This document shows, piece after piece, positions 23,831 to 36,691 of a stretch of DNA of 64,000 bases. The notes beneath the pieces were generated by a model that was not told the origin of the DNA, did not search any database, and worked only from the letters and a program-made list of their open reading frames with translations. Source of the DNA: Utricularia gibba (lineage: Eukaryota > Plantae > Magnoliophyta); NCBI GenBank assembly GCA_002189035.1, contig NEEC01000027.1, forward strand, positions 62,001-126,000. The letters are read 5' to 3'. Both the position numbers and the translations under genes were made by a program. Position 1 is the stretch's first letter. Every line of letters begins with the position of its first letter.

Positions 23831-26800
23831 CTTCGCATTGTCTACATTTCCATCTCTTGCATTCTGAGACAAGGATCAAACAAAGAGGTGCCCAGGGGCA
23901 ATCCGCCAATTCGAGGAATGCAGAGGCGGAGACGCACAGAGAAGAAGCAACCCACTCGGGGAAACAAGACAAGAAAAAAGGGGGGGAAATCCAAGTTACC
24001 ACTTTGGCAAAATACAGAATCTTCTCCACTAAATCTAAAGCGAAGGATGAAGTTCAGATCTAAAATACCACCTTTTCACACAGTTCAAAATCCAAGAATC
24101 GAGTTCATTTTTTCGGTGACAGAATCGGAATTCCCACCCACAATCATTTTCCTTGAAAAGACAAACCCCTGTGGCAACCTGTGAGGAAAGACAAGCTTCG
24201 ATTTTCTTAGAGGAGAATTCACGACAGTGTCGAAGGTATCTTGTCGAAACCAGAAGCGGTTTAATCTGTGGAAGTAGATAATTCAAATAAAATGGAAAAG
24301 CTTTTGAAAAATGAGGGAAAATCGGCAACGCATTAGAGACCAATGAGTTGTAAAAAGTAGCAATCTTGAAATATGTCGTTACTTTCTGGGCAGTCCGCCA
24401 TCGCAGAGTGTGACATGATTAAAGACCATAAGAAACCCACACCATAAAGACGACGACGAAAAATCGGTTTTTGATAGGGAAAGATCCTTTCTTTATCTTC
24501 TGTTCTGTGATACACATCACGAGAGCCGCTCGATAGACAAAAGGTTGTCCAATACTCGAAAAAAAAAAAAGAAAAACCATTCACAGACCATGGAATACGA
24601 ATACTCATAGGCAGGCACGATGGTGTATGATGAAATAGAATGGTTTTGTGGGCTGGGCAGTTTTCACTTTTCCTCTAATCAATTGTTGTGTGTGTTTGGG
24701 GAGATTGATTGGATTACATACGAGTTTCCGAACCACCACCATTATACCTTGGAGTATCAGTTGAAAGAGCACCTCCAACTTCCTTCCTCCCTCCCTCCCT
24801 CCCTCCCATGGAGCAAGTACTGTTTGACGTTTGTGTGTTGGGGACAGAATATAGTAGCGAGTGGAGTGTGGGAGTCCCACTTTCAATGTCACTCCACTGC
24901 CAAGGCAAGGCAAGGCGGGGAAAAGGGAAAACAAAACAAAACCAAAAAACCAGGATAATTCACATGCCTTTAGCTTCCAATCATTTCCAGTACCATACAC
25001 CGAAATTTTCTGAGAAATCTGCTTTTCCTTATTTACTTATCGGAAAATGGCTACGGCTTTATTCATAAGAATGGAAGAAACATGTGGCCGCTGTAAGCAG
25101 CGATCAGAAAAACCGGTCCTCCAGTGGGCCGGCGGCATCATCTTGTCCGCCGCTGCGTTTTCCAACATGCTTACATTTTTCAAATTTCACAGTCCCCTCC
25201 CCCCTCCCTGTAAGAAAAAGAAAAAGCATATTCCTAACACCAGTTTACTTTCTTGTGTATATTTTTTTGATTTGAGGTGGGTGATGAGAATGGGTTGACT
25301 TTTTAGGATAGTGCATTGAGGATCTGTCAACGTGAGTCCAGTGAACCCCCCGGTTGCTATAAATCCAACCCCACATGCCCCCATGTGATGGAGCACATCA
25401 TCAATGACTCTGAGATCATCCGTCCGTTCATCTATCTATCTGCCCACTCTCTAACCAACGGCCCCCGTATTTTTGAAATGACTTACAATGGATTTTAAGA
25501 TCACATGAATGATTGCTGGCTTTGTAATTATACGTCTAACTTGATTGAAATGAGTGTGTTGGTGAGCATGAGCAGTCGCATTCCCTTGTTGTTGCGTTGG
25601 CGGATGGAAAGCTGAGAGAATGCTGATCCACTGCTGCGTTAAGGAGGCGGGGTCTCGAATTAGGTGACGACGAAGAGGAAAATAAAGGTGAAAGGACAGC
25701 TTTTGTAGCTCTTTTTTGGATCCACATTTATTTTGGAGTTGAAGCATACTCGACAACCTACTTTTCCTTGCAAAGCCCTTGTTAAATTAATGACGAACCC
25801 AGACAAGCATCATCTCATCCCAGCTCATTCACACTTTAACCAAAATCAGCTCCCACCCAGCCGCAGGGCCTCACCAGAGCAGTGCGCATCCATTGGCGGG
25901 AGAAGGGATGATGAGGGTGGCGCCGTGCGGGAAAGGAAAGCATGTGTGCTGCTGCTGCTGCTGCCGCCGCCGTTGGAGCTCCAGCTCCCCTCCCTCCCCC
26001 GTCGGAGGACCAGCTGCTTTAATGATCACTCTGCTTGTTAGCGCCATGTATTGAAGTCGGTGGTCCCCACGTTTCAAGGAGGGGCGAGTGCCGAATGGGC
26101 CTCTTCACATCCGGCCCATTTCTCCGACACTGGGCCCATCAACAGTCTGGCCCAGTTATTATTTTCATACGTATATATCCAATGATCTGATTCAAATTTT
26201 ATCCCCCACTGGAATCTTTGAGCAGCCGCAGGGGATTGTATAAATAGCTTTGGGATTTATTTGATTCCGAGGGCCTTCCTAATTATGTACATATTTATAA
26301 TACCCATATGATTCCTTGCGTTCGCTGCTTCACTGCCTGCGTGCGCTGCTCGTCTTCCCCGGTCAGACTTCTTCTCGCACCACGCCACTCTTTGGTGTTG
26401 GGGTAGGTTAAAGATGCATAGCCTTGCAAGGCGTGCGTGTGTTTTTGTGCGCGCGCGCGTGTGTGTATGTGGGAGGGGGGAGATGATATGTCCATCGTCT
26501 GGTGATGTTAAGCTACTACTGATGTTCTAGGAGTATTGAATTTTACTTTGGTTTCGGCTCTTTGTCCAGGCTGTTGATTGCTTTTGTTGATTCACCTGGT
26601 AATTCGAATTCATATTTCTGATATTGTGTGAATTGGCTGGATGCTTTTCCTTTTTGTGGGAATGTATTGATTGGATATTTGTACCCTAGGGAGATGAGTC
26701 AGTTTATTTCTGGGTCGCGCAGATGGTGCGCGGGTAGTGATGTGGAGTAGTCACTCCTTGCTAGCGAGTTAAGCCAAAGAGAAGAATCAGTTATTGTTAC

Positions 26801-27516
26801 TTGTCTTTTGGATGTTCTCTCTATTTATTATGTTTATCCGGCATTTGCCACACCACGCCTCTTAACTTCACTCGCAGTGCTTGCCGCTGAAGTATTTATA
26901 TCAGAGTTTTGCTGTTATTATTTATCTTGATGTCTGGTGTATTTATTGATTTACCTTTTCCTCGCGAGTACACTTTCTCATTGATACTTAATACGAGAGC
27001 GTTGACTTTTTGGGCTGATGTCCTTACTTGCTTCATGATGTTTTTGGTGCTGTGTGTGAGGACTGTTCTTTCTGGATGCTCATTCTGGTTAAGAGTGCCC
27101 GCATGTTGATTGATCTTGTTCAATGTAAAAAAGTGGTTGCTGAAGAAACTGTTGTTGGGTCAAACACTGGTTTCACAGCAGTGGTGATGATAATTGATTT
27201 TTCTTATAGCTAATATTGATTTCTTAAATTGTCCATACATGCATTCAATCCTTCCATGTGCTTCATTTACTCTGTTCAATTGTGTGGTTCTCTACCATTT
27301 ACCTCTGGAGAGTAGAGCCTTTTCTCTTTGTTCAGTTAATGAATCGTACTTCTCGATATGAGCCGGAGAAGTTGGGGTGCTCGTATCTGATGTATAAAAA
27401 TATATGCACCGACTCTCTTATCATTCTTTTAGTATACTGATATTTCAACGTCTCCATCTGAAGGAGAATCTGAACGCCTAGTTTGAGGAGCTTCCGTTGG
27501 ATGATGCATGCGAAGA

Positions 27517-28550
27517 ATGGGCGGATGTTGTTGCTGTCCAACAAGGAGCTCTGAAGTTACCGGTTCATCAGCATTATTTCATGTGAGATCTCTTGTTACA
27601 TCACTTCTCAGGAAAAATAAAAAACCAGCTTTCATGTGGATTTTTTTTTTTCCTGAATCACTGTAATCTTGTATTTCGCAAAGTGTTTCTTCATGGTATT
27701 CCTGGATAACAAGATCGTAATCAACTCCCGTTGCGGGCGTGCAGAATTTTCTATTCTAATGTAGCTGCACATTTAAATGCAGTATGCTGTCTCAGAAGAA
27801 GTTGAACCCTTGTCATCCCATAATGTAGCTGTGTCTACTCTCGCCGGTGGACTTTTGGTAGATACCAACCTTGAGACTTCAACCCCAGACACATATCGGC
27901 CTCCTCCTGTCCCTGTGCCATATGAAACAGATGTGCAACAATCTGCACCCTCAGGAAATCTAATCTATGGACAAAAGACCAAAGTGATCCCTCAGAGCAG
28001 CAATACTCAGCCTCATGAAAATTTGAATCCGGATACCAGCGTACAAAGCAAGATAAAGAACCTGGATTCTAACCAAATGGCCGGAGATTATGATAATCTG
28101 GACCCATCCAAGGATGTTGATCAGGAAAAAGCTGATAACTTAAAAAAGTCGGATGTACCGGTGCTTCTCCAAGATGAGGAAGATGTCTGCCCCACCTGTC
28201 TGGAAGGTGCTCCAAAATACTACACGATTACCTGCTGGTATTTTTCTCCACATGCTTCTCATTCTGATGTGAATTCCTTTTTGTATGGCTCTGAGAACAG
28301 AATACGATGCTGAGAACCCTAAGATTCCTACAAAATGTGACCACCACTTTCATCTTTCCTGCATTCTCGAATGGATGGAAAGAAGCAATACGTGTCCAGT
28401 TTGTGATCAGGTACGTTGTTTGTTGTTGTATTTTGATGAGTATCTGATGAGGTACCTTTGACTACTGAACTCCGCTGGCAGCACGCCTGGTAATCCTTTT
28501 ATTGCATTGAAATGCAGGAGATGGTTTACAGCTTGAGTTCTGCAGGATAG
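27517..28550 (+). CDS. RING-H2 E3 ligase (RHB1A/AIRP1-like) with N-terminal acylation motif, 4 exons
   Basis: MGGCCCC start; GLLVDTNLETSTPDTYRPPP; CPTCLE/EYDAENPK..CDHHFHLSCILEWMERSNTCPVC. Confidence 0.92.
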
Positions 28551-29162
28551 TTGTTCATCCTCAGGGGCCGGGCCCGGAGTCAGTGGAACAAACAAAAATG
28601 ATAGAAAGCGAAAAATTCTTTGAAGCAGCTTCAGTGAAAAGCACAAAACAGCGTTTGGTTATGCATGGTTTCCCTTTTTCAGATCCAGGAATGTTTACGA
28701 GTAGAGTTGGTTGCTGTTTTAATAAGGTGTGTACAGACAGACAGACAGACAGACGTCAAAGAAAAGGTTAAGAATCTATTTTGTTTTGTTTTTCAAAACA
28801 TAAAATCATCCCATTCATTCAGGAAATATGAATTGGATTTTCCAGAGCACCATAAATCAACATGAAGAGGTACAACATAGCCTCCCCACAACTCCTCATT
28901 CATTGAAAATCCAAATAAATTACATGTATTATTTTAATATATATTTACGTGTGTGATAGGTAGGTTTGTAAATAATAATTTGTTATTCAGCCACGTGGAA
29001 GGGGCGCATTGGTTTCCGCGTAGATTTCAAAGTCCCATTTTGTTTCTTTTTTTTTTTTTTACACACCAGGTCGCCGCTTGAAGGTCTTCCCTTCCAAATA
29101 TATTCCTCGCAGATTTCAGATTCAGTCACACCGGGGAGGGGAATTGGAGTAGATAAGGCGAA

Positions 29163-31216
29163 ATGACAACTCAGGCGTCGCTGGAAAAGATGGAGTTGCG
29201 GAAGAATTACCGCAATTTGTGGCACACCGATCTTATGAGTACAATACAGCAGGATCCCCCCTGTATGTATGATGAGGGCGATGAGTCTCATTTTTCTCGT
29301 TGGGAGTCCGGTTGCTTATATGCTTGTTAGTTCGTATAGGCTGATTTGTGTTCGGTTTTGCAGATTGCTGCTTGGCGCTGTGGTGGTAAGTGAAAGATCG
29401 TTATTTGGCTTCAGTCTGTGTTTCGCTTCTCTCTTTCGATGAGATGTGTGCTCTAACTTCAAATTGGGTCCCGATATGTTTCCATGTCTCAAGGATCTGA
29501 TGATTTCCCTTGTTTTTCATTGACTAATTCGCTCCTACATGCCGTTCTCGTAAGGGCTTTGCTTGAGATTTAGACGTTTAATGACCAGCGTTGACCTTGT
29601 TGTCCTACCCGCATTTCGTGGCTCTGCTTCCTCTAACCGTCTATTTTATTGAAAACTACTTGGAACAAATGTGCACTTGATCATCCCAGCCATTAGAAGC
29701 ACAATGCTATGCAAGTATAAAAAGGTGAAGAACCATACGCTTCATACTGGATCATTTTTTGAAGTTGACCATGAAAGGAATCTCTTTGGAAAATGCGCGG
29801 CTTTAGGTTAATTGGGAGAGCAAAGAAAGCACCTGTTCCATCCTTTCTACCGATTGTGTCAACTTGTGTGTTCGAACCAGTCTAGTGTCTGAATGCTGAA
29901 ACGGGAAATCCATTAAGCAGTTAGTTCAAGGCATATTTTTTGACAACAGATACCGTGGCCCTGTTGTGCAGTGACGAATTTTTGTGCACGCTACCTTTTC
30001 TTGGTGTTCCTGTCTGTGTAACCATATATGTTTTTTTTTTTGGCTTACAGTGGTCCTTGTGTATCGTATATGCTTCGCAAAAGGGCTTTGTATCATGACA
30101 TGAGCAGGTGATTGTTCTAGTTTTAGCTTCTAATTTAGGCTTGTGAACTATGCATTTGCAATGTCGATATCTTTATTCGTTCCGCAGGTATGTTTGTTGT
30201 GCTGGATATCTTCCCTGCAGTGGTCGATGCGGTGAAAGCAAATGCCCTGAGTTTTGCCTAGCCACCGAGGTATAAATTTGCACTTAGTAAGTTTCAAGGA
30301 AGTTTGAACAGCATCTTTAAGTAGTTGCAATTTCAGGTATTCCTGTGCTTTGCAAACTCAGTGGCTTCAACACGGTTTTTGTTGCAAGATGAATTCAACA
30401 TACAGACTACACAGTGCGATAACTGCATAATTGTAATATACTGTCCCGCTGTTGTCCTCCCCGCAGCTGTCTTTCATGGTCTTAGCTCCTAGTTCATATG
30501 ACTGATTTGCAACTTGCAGGGTTTCATGTTCTGCCTCAGCCAGATTGCGTGCATATTTTCCTTGATTGCTTGCCTTGTTGGAGGTGAGGAATTATCCGAA
30601 GCTGCTCAAATTCTGTCGTGCTTATCAGATCTGGTATATTTCACGTAAGTATCAGCATTAGCTCGATTCATTTCATCACTAACTTATGCAGCTGAGTTTT
30701 AAAGCACCTCAAAATTCTGTCGCTTACGTTTTCCTCTTCTTTTTCTTCCTCCTCCTCCTCTCGTTTTGTAGGGTATGCGCATGCATGCAGGTCAGCTTTT
30801 ACTTTATGTAGTAAATCATGTAGTGCATCGACCAATCTCACATACCCGCGTATCCTTTTGATGACACTCCTTCCTTTCATCTCCAGACACAACACAAGAT
30901 CGAATTGGACAAGCGAGATGGCAAGTTCGGACCACAACCTCAAATGACTGCGCCACAGCGTCAGCAAATGTCTCGCATTGACCAGGCCATCCCCCCCAAT
31001 GTGGATGCTTACGGTCATTATCAACATGGCCAGCCATATTACCCTCCTGCTCAGCCTGGCCAGCCGTACTACACTCCTCCTGCTCAGCCTGGCCAGCCGT
31101 ACTACACTCCTCCTGCTCTGCCTGGCCAGCCGTACTACCCTCCTCTTGCTCAGCATGGCCAGCCGTACTACCCTCCTGCCCAGCATGGCCAGCCATATTA
31201 CCCTCCTGCTCAGTGA
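29163..31216 (+). CDS. PLAC8-family Cys-rich protein, 8 exons, with a repetitive P/Y/Q tail
   Basis: MTTQASLEKMELRKNYRNLWHTDL; GPCVSYMLRKRALYHDMSRYVCCAGYLPCSGRCGESKCPEFCL; STRFLLQDEFNIQTTQCDNCII. Confidence 0.92.
31025..31213 (+). repeat. Coding tandem repeat, six units of 30-33 nt, encoding (H/P)GQPYY(T)PP(A/L)(A)Q
   Basis: Units such as catggccagccatattaccctcctgctcag and cctggccagccgtactacactcctcctgctcag, directly before TGA. Confidence 0.97.
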
Positions 31217-31680
31217 TTGGTTGAGACTTGGGTTTGAAATTATATTCGTGTGTGCATACAGTGAATGATGCTGAAGATTTGCAAGAGCTGTGTGTTATTT
31301 AAGGCGTGCGAGAAGACTTGAAGAGAGAGAGAGGTCCAGGCTCTCTAGCTCGTCCACTTGATCATGTTTAGCTCGTCCTTGCCATAGTTGCTTGGGTTGG
31401 CCCCTCCACTCTCCCCATCATACTGGGATGGGGAAGGAAGGAAGGAAGCATGGCCGGCCACCTCCGCTAATAATAGGACTCTTGTCTGTCTTTTCGACCC
31501 CAACGCGATGCCGATGCCGATGCCGATGCGGATACACCGCACGCAAACCTGTGTTTCCTATGGCCAAGTGAAGCAGGGAGATGCTTCAAAGCAGTATCCT
31601 CTTTGGAGCCCAACTAAATGCTTACACGTGAAGTCAGTCAATGGACCAACTTCAAGAAAGAAAGAAAGAAATTCGAGGAG

Positions 31681-32196
31681 CTACAAAAATCCGGATGCGG
31701 TTATGGGAGAGTAATCGGCATTGAGATCGGGGGCCCCGGCGGCGATCCAGAGGCGCTCGTTGAAGGCGTCTTGTTTGTCCTCGGGAATGAAGGGGGTCCG
31801 GCAAAGCGGGCACGTTTTCTGATCGTGGTCCATCCAACGGTCCAGACAGCTCCGGTGAAATATATGCCGGCAATTCGTCAGCCGTCGGATCTCGTCGTCG
31901 TCGCTGAACTCGTACAAGCACACCGCGCATCTCTCCGGTGGGTCCGACACCAATTCCCCTTCCAACTCCGAGAATTTCACGACCGGCAGGAGCTCCCGGA
32001 TCAGGACCGCCGCCACCGACGATGGCTCCGGCAAAGGGGTTTCCTGATAGGAGAGGGGCTCCGGCGCCAGAAAATCGTGGACACCGATGAGTGAGAGCAT
32101 GGCGCGGACGAATCTGCGGATGAGTCCGAGCGCGGTGAGAAAATACAAGAGCAATCTGGGGAGAAAGAGGTCGGTGTAGCCGACCGGGAAACCCAT
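31681..32196 (-). CDS. BRH1: RING-H2 E3 ligase, BRH1-like, intronless
   Basis: MGFPVGYTDLFLP start; CAVCLYEF..CRHIFHRSCLDRWMDHDQKTCPLCRTPF. Confidence 0.92.
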   Translation of the reverse strand: MGFPVGYTDLFLPRLLLYFLTALGLIRRFVRAMLSLIGVHDFLAPEPLSYQETPLPEPSSVAAVLIRELLPVVKFSELEGELVSDPPERCAVCLYEFSDDDEIRRLTNCRHIFHRSCLDRWMDHDQKTCPLCRTPFIPEDKQDAFNERLWIAAGAPDLNADYSPITASGFL

Positions 32197-33517
32197 TGGC
32201 GTGCAGGGAGCAGAGGGCTGAGGAGGGCGAGATAAGATGGATAGATGCGGTGGTTGTCTCCAAGGTTTAAGCTTAAATAGAGGAAGAGATGGGCGGGCAG
32301 ATCTTGTGGAGTTCCGGCCCCGCAGCAAATCAATTAATTTTTATTTCACGAGTCTGAAGCTGAAACGGCACCTTCCGCCTCCAGGCTCCAGCGTCGCCGT
32401 CGCCGTCGCCGTCGGCTTCTGCAGAACAGCAACCTCTCTCCATCCATCCAGCATCATTCATCGGACACCGCCCGTGTTTTGTTATTAAATCAAGGGGGGG
32501 AATGTGCACCTAACTTCTTCTCCATCATTCCGCTCCCTTGACCGGTCAAGCATGCAGCAGTCACCATCCCCACTATTTAAGCTTTTCCTTGTGTTGCATG
32601 TCCTTGTCCCGATTTCAAGCCGGATCATGGGGCGGCGGAGATCAAAGGCAGCAAGAAATTTGTGCAGGCACAGAATGTACAGCTAATGAGTTTCTTCCTG
32701 TCAGACGAGATTCCAATTCCAATTCCAATTGCGGGAGGATGGATGGTCGAGTCCAAAACGAAGCATCTGTGTGTTGTGTTGCTGGAAGAATGAGGGTGGT
32801 GGTGTGTGCTGAATTGCATATTTTTTCTTGATTGGTAATCATCCTCACATGCCGGTGCTTCCTTCCAGTTCCAAGTTTGGTTGGCGTGAATGTACGCCAT
32901 GGTTTCTTAAATGCAGCGCATGTGGGGGAGGGAGCAATGAATGCTCCTCACATGCACCAGCAGCAGCATCCTCCATTCCATTCCAACCTCTATAAATTCT
33001 TCTCTTATGTTACAAAGACAAGCCATTCGGGAAAGAGCGAGCACACACCTGTCGTCACCAAACCAAGGACCACCTTTCTTTACCCAACATCGTCTCTCTG
33101 TCCGTCTGTGTGATACAGGGGGTGGGGTGGGGGCACTGAAGTTGCAATGATACCGGAGTGGTAGTGGGCGAGGAGAAGGAAAGGAAATGAGTCGTGGGGA
33201 AGCTGCACGTGGGGTGTCGCTCATAAATAAATTGAATGGGTCTGCTCTGTCCAATCGTAAGATATCCGATCAAGTGGCACTGGCACCGGCACCGGCACTT
33301 GGCAGGAGGAATGAATCTTCATCCCTCACAATGAACACAACACAACACCAAGCAATGAAACAAATCTGCATGCCGCCAGGTACCCACACCCGCACTTTTA
33401 TTAGGCCGGGTTCATGGAGCACAAGGAAGGAGCCAGCCATCTTTGCGTCTTCCTTCCCCAGCTGCACAGGATCCTCCGCATGGTTAACAGATAGCAGCAC
33501 AAACGCAGCAAGTGGCC

Positions 33518-35733
33518 TTATACCTCAATAACCTCGCCTTCCCTACATAGCCCAACATCGATCACCACACTTTTCTTTGCCGAGCTCACGATCCTACAGC
33601 AGTTTCTTCTCGGAGACTGTTGGGAACAAAACCAAAACTCGTGAAAATGCTGCAAAGATGCACCGCACGCTGGGTCCTGTTTCTAGCATACAACTCGACC
33701 AACTTTGATGCTGTTTCACATAAAGTTGTCTCGGTTTCGATACCAAAAGCAGAACTCAAGTGCCGCGGAATCCGTAAGGTGAAAATATGGACATAACTCG
33801 AACATGTTAAATAGACGTACCCTGTCCCAAAGATGTGGATCCGGCTTCTTGTGAACTTCCACTATCTGGATATCGCTGGGATCAGCCATCGCCCATGTGC
33901 AAACAGGATGTTGAACATGATGGCGTGTGTATTCGCTCAACGTTTGTGATCCGTTGGTGTCCATCCTTGCATTGGAGAGATAGAAAACAAAAGGCTTTTG
34001 GCAGGGATTCCTCGCTACAGGTCTGGTGTTGAACGCATAGGCCGTGTAGTCAGCTCTTTTGTACCAGTTCAAGAATGTCCTTGAGGTCATCTCCAGTTCG
34101 CGTGGGGACAACACTCCACGGAATATCTGGACCGCAAAGCCCCAAGAAACTGAGATAGACCATCTGCGTGCCCTGTCATAGCAAATGGACTGTTGCAGAA
34201 GCCCAGCTGAATCCAGTTCCATTGGAATCAGCAGCTTTCGAAGGGCTTCTACTTGAGTTTTGTTGGGGAATATTGGATCCACGACCTCTACGTGATGCAA
34301 GGATACAAACGGAGTCACAGGGTGTGCCGCAAGGAGTCCGAATAAGTCGCCATAAACATCATACTGAGTCAATATAAAATAAAGAACACGATTAGTAGCA
34401 CTCAACCTCGGATTGCTGAAATGAGGAGATAAACCCATTCATACATCAGAAACAAAACCGCAACACTTGAAGTGACTTCAGCTCAAATTTAAGCACACGA
34501 TGAAAAACAGTCGTACCATTTCAAAAACAAAAAAACAAAAAACCAAAGCAAGTCTTCTTAAGAATAAGCCAACCTAAAAACCTTGTTTTTTTCTTCCAAC
34601 ACATACTACCTTGACATCAAATAGAGCAATTCATCTCCGTGCACCTCCCATTATAAGTGGTAGAGGGGCATAATATTTAAAAGTGAACCAACTTTCAATT
34701 TTCAAATTCACCATGGAACAAAAAGGGCACTGCTTCCCTCCAAATTCAGCATATCTGTCAAACATAAACAAAGCAAATGCACCAAAATACAGCATCTGAG
34801 TCAGAGATCAATCCTTGCCTGATGAAAGCCAACTTCTTTAGTTAGCGGAATGCCAAGCTCTGCCATACATGCCTGCATCCGGTCATCGGAGCCGTACAAT
34901 CCAGGATACCTCTGAATACACCTGTCTTGCATCTTCTCAATGGCTTTAGCCAAGGGAAAGCTTATTGCAAATCCTCCTCCACCATAAGCCATGTTGTAGG
35001 AGAAATGAATGTTCTGCAAATGGCTCTCACTCGAACTTCCAATGTAGAAAAACTGGGTATGATCATACTTGTTCAAAACTCTCACTAAATTATCTGTTAC
35101 AAAGATGGTGTCATCATCCCCCATCACGAACCACCGCACATTATCCGTGTTTCGACTCCGTAGAGTCTCTGAAAGAATTCTTGAAATCCGAATTGCAGAT
35201 CTATGGCCCTTGTTGTTTTTATAAGCAAATTTAGAGATGTCTCCAGAAATCCTAAGCTTCGGGAGGCTCCGACTCTCGTTTCCTGCGGTTTTTACAGGTT
35301 TGTCTAGCCAGACTATCCCACGCATTCGTTTCTCCGGGCGCCACCACAGCTTTATATACTCTTTTCGTCTCTCCCATAGATCAGAAGAAGCGGCTATCCC
35401 AAAAACTATGTTTTCCAAGGTTGTTTGATTTGAGTTTTTATCCCCAATTTCCTGGAAATCTCGCAGTTCTTCAGCGGAATTTTTAGCTAAAGCAGCCACT
35501 TCTTTTTTGGTACCGACAACAAAAGTCTCTTTCCTGGGTGAAACAAGAGCTCGGTCTTCGTCGCAAGAAACATGAGAAGAGGAAACGAGCTTCAACAAAT
35601 AGAAAGCGTAGGTAGCTAAAACGAATATAAACATCAACAACATCAGCTTCGAGGAAGCTCTCCATTGCCAAGAAGATGGAGTTCTCATCGATTCATACAC
35701 TATCTTTTCCTGACAGTTTTTCGCTGCTTTCAT
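33518..35733 (-). CDS. DUF604 fringe-like putative glycosyltransferase, type II membrane protein, 3 exons
   Basis: N-terminal TM; IVFGIAASSDLWERRKEYIKLWW; RWFVMGDDDTIF; MAYGGGGFAISFPLA; YGSDDRMQACMAELG; SPRRNCCR. Confidence 0.93.
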
Positions 35734-36691
35734 ATTCCTAAAAAATCCCACCAACCCAGATTCCAGAACTCGAGATCAAACAGAAACGCGAAACACGAAA
35801 TACCTCAGCTCACCGAACTGGGTCATCCCTGATTTTCTCGTTTCCAGATCCAATTACAAAGCAAGCGTCTTAAGCAAAGAAGCTTGAGTTTTTATGGCAT
35901 GCAAAGATGTCGTCCCACAGTCGCTTCCTGTCACAAAACAGGAGCAATTAAATCATCAAAAAAATGATTGCTTTTATGCCCAAAAGCCTAAGCGTCGCCA
36001 TCATCCGCGTTCCGCATAATGGGCGGATGCCGGGACTGCATATCTCTGTGTTTCTTGGCGTAAAAACAATTGAGTTAGCCAAAAGGAGAAGAAACAAGAA
36101 ACGAAAAAAAAAAAAAGATCTCGGAAGGATTTGGAAGATAGGCAGGCAGCTGCTGAAAATACCCCGGCGATCGGGTTGTTATACTACGATTCGCCAACGA
36201 TGGTGTGAACGGAGCCAGATAAAAGCGTAGGGTTTTCAAAGTTTGTTCTTTTTTTAGACATGGCGGAATTGCAGTCCCTTTTAATTGGCGTATTTACCAA
36301 GTCTGTTAAATATGTAATATAAAATACACAATAGCACTAGGAAACAGAATGCCCCGAATGGGCTGGTTTAACCGCCTCCTCTCTGGACTGGTTAATGACT
36401 GGTTTAGGCTCAAGTTATCCCATCGGTTTCAGGTACCGGGAAGGGACGACCGGACGGCGAACCAAAATGGGCTGGTGCTGCGCGTCCCGTCAAACCGATG
36501 TAAATAGGCAGGTTTGTTTTTTATTAATATGAAGTAAAAACTGGCTAAAAGCAGCAGCTATATTAATTCCTTGCCTACTGTCCCTTTTTCGTCGGCTTTC
36601 ATCAGTAAATGGAGGCTCAGACTGCGCTTAAATGTAGGAAAAGCATTGCATTGTTGCTGGACTTGGGTGTGTGAATCTTCCTCGGCGACAA

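Noticed and set aside
30850-30860. GTATCCTTT U12-type donor-like motif in a PLAC8 intron
   Set aside because: Not at an exon boundary and too close to the acceptor; the frame is satisfied by the normal GT donor.
30668-31268. Repetitive ORFs in other frames and on the antisense strand (AGQAEQEE, RRVVRLA)
   Set aside because: Shadows of the PLAC8 coding repeat.
31618-32263. Long overlapping ORFs (158 aa plus strand, 203 aa minus strand) across BRH1
   Set aside because: Expected in GC-rich intronless CDS; the 203-aa ORF starts at TTG and neither has a recognisable motif.
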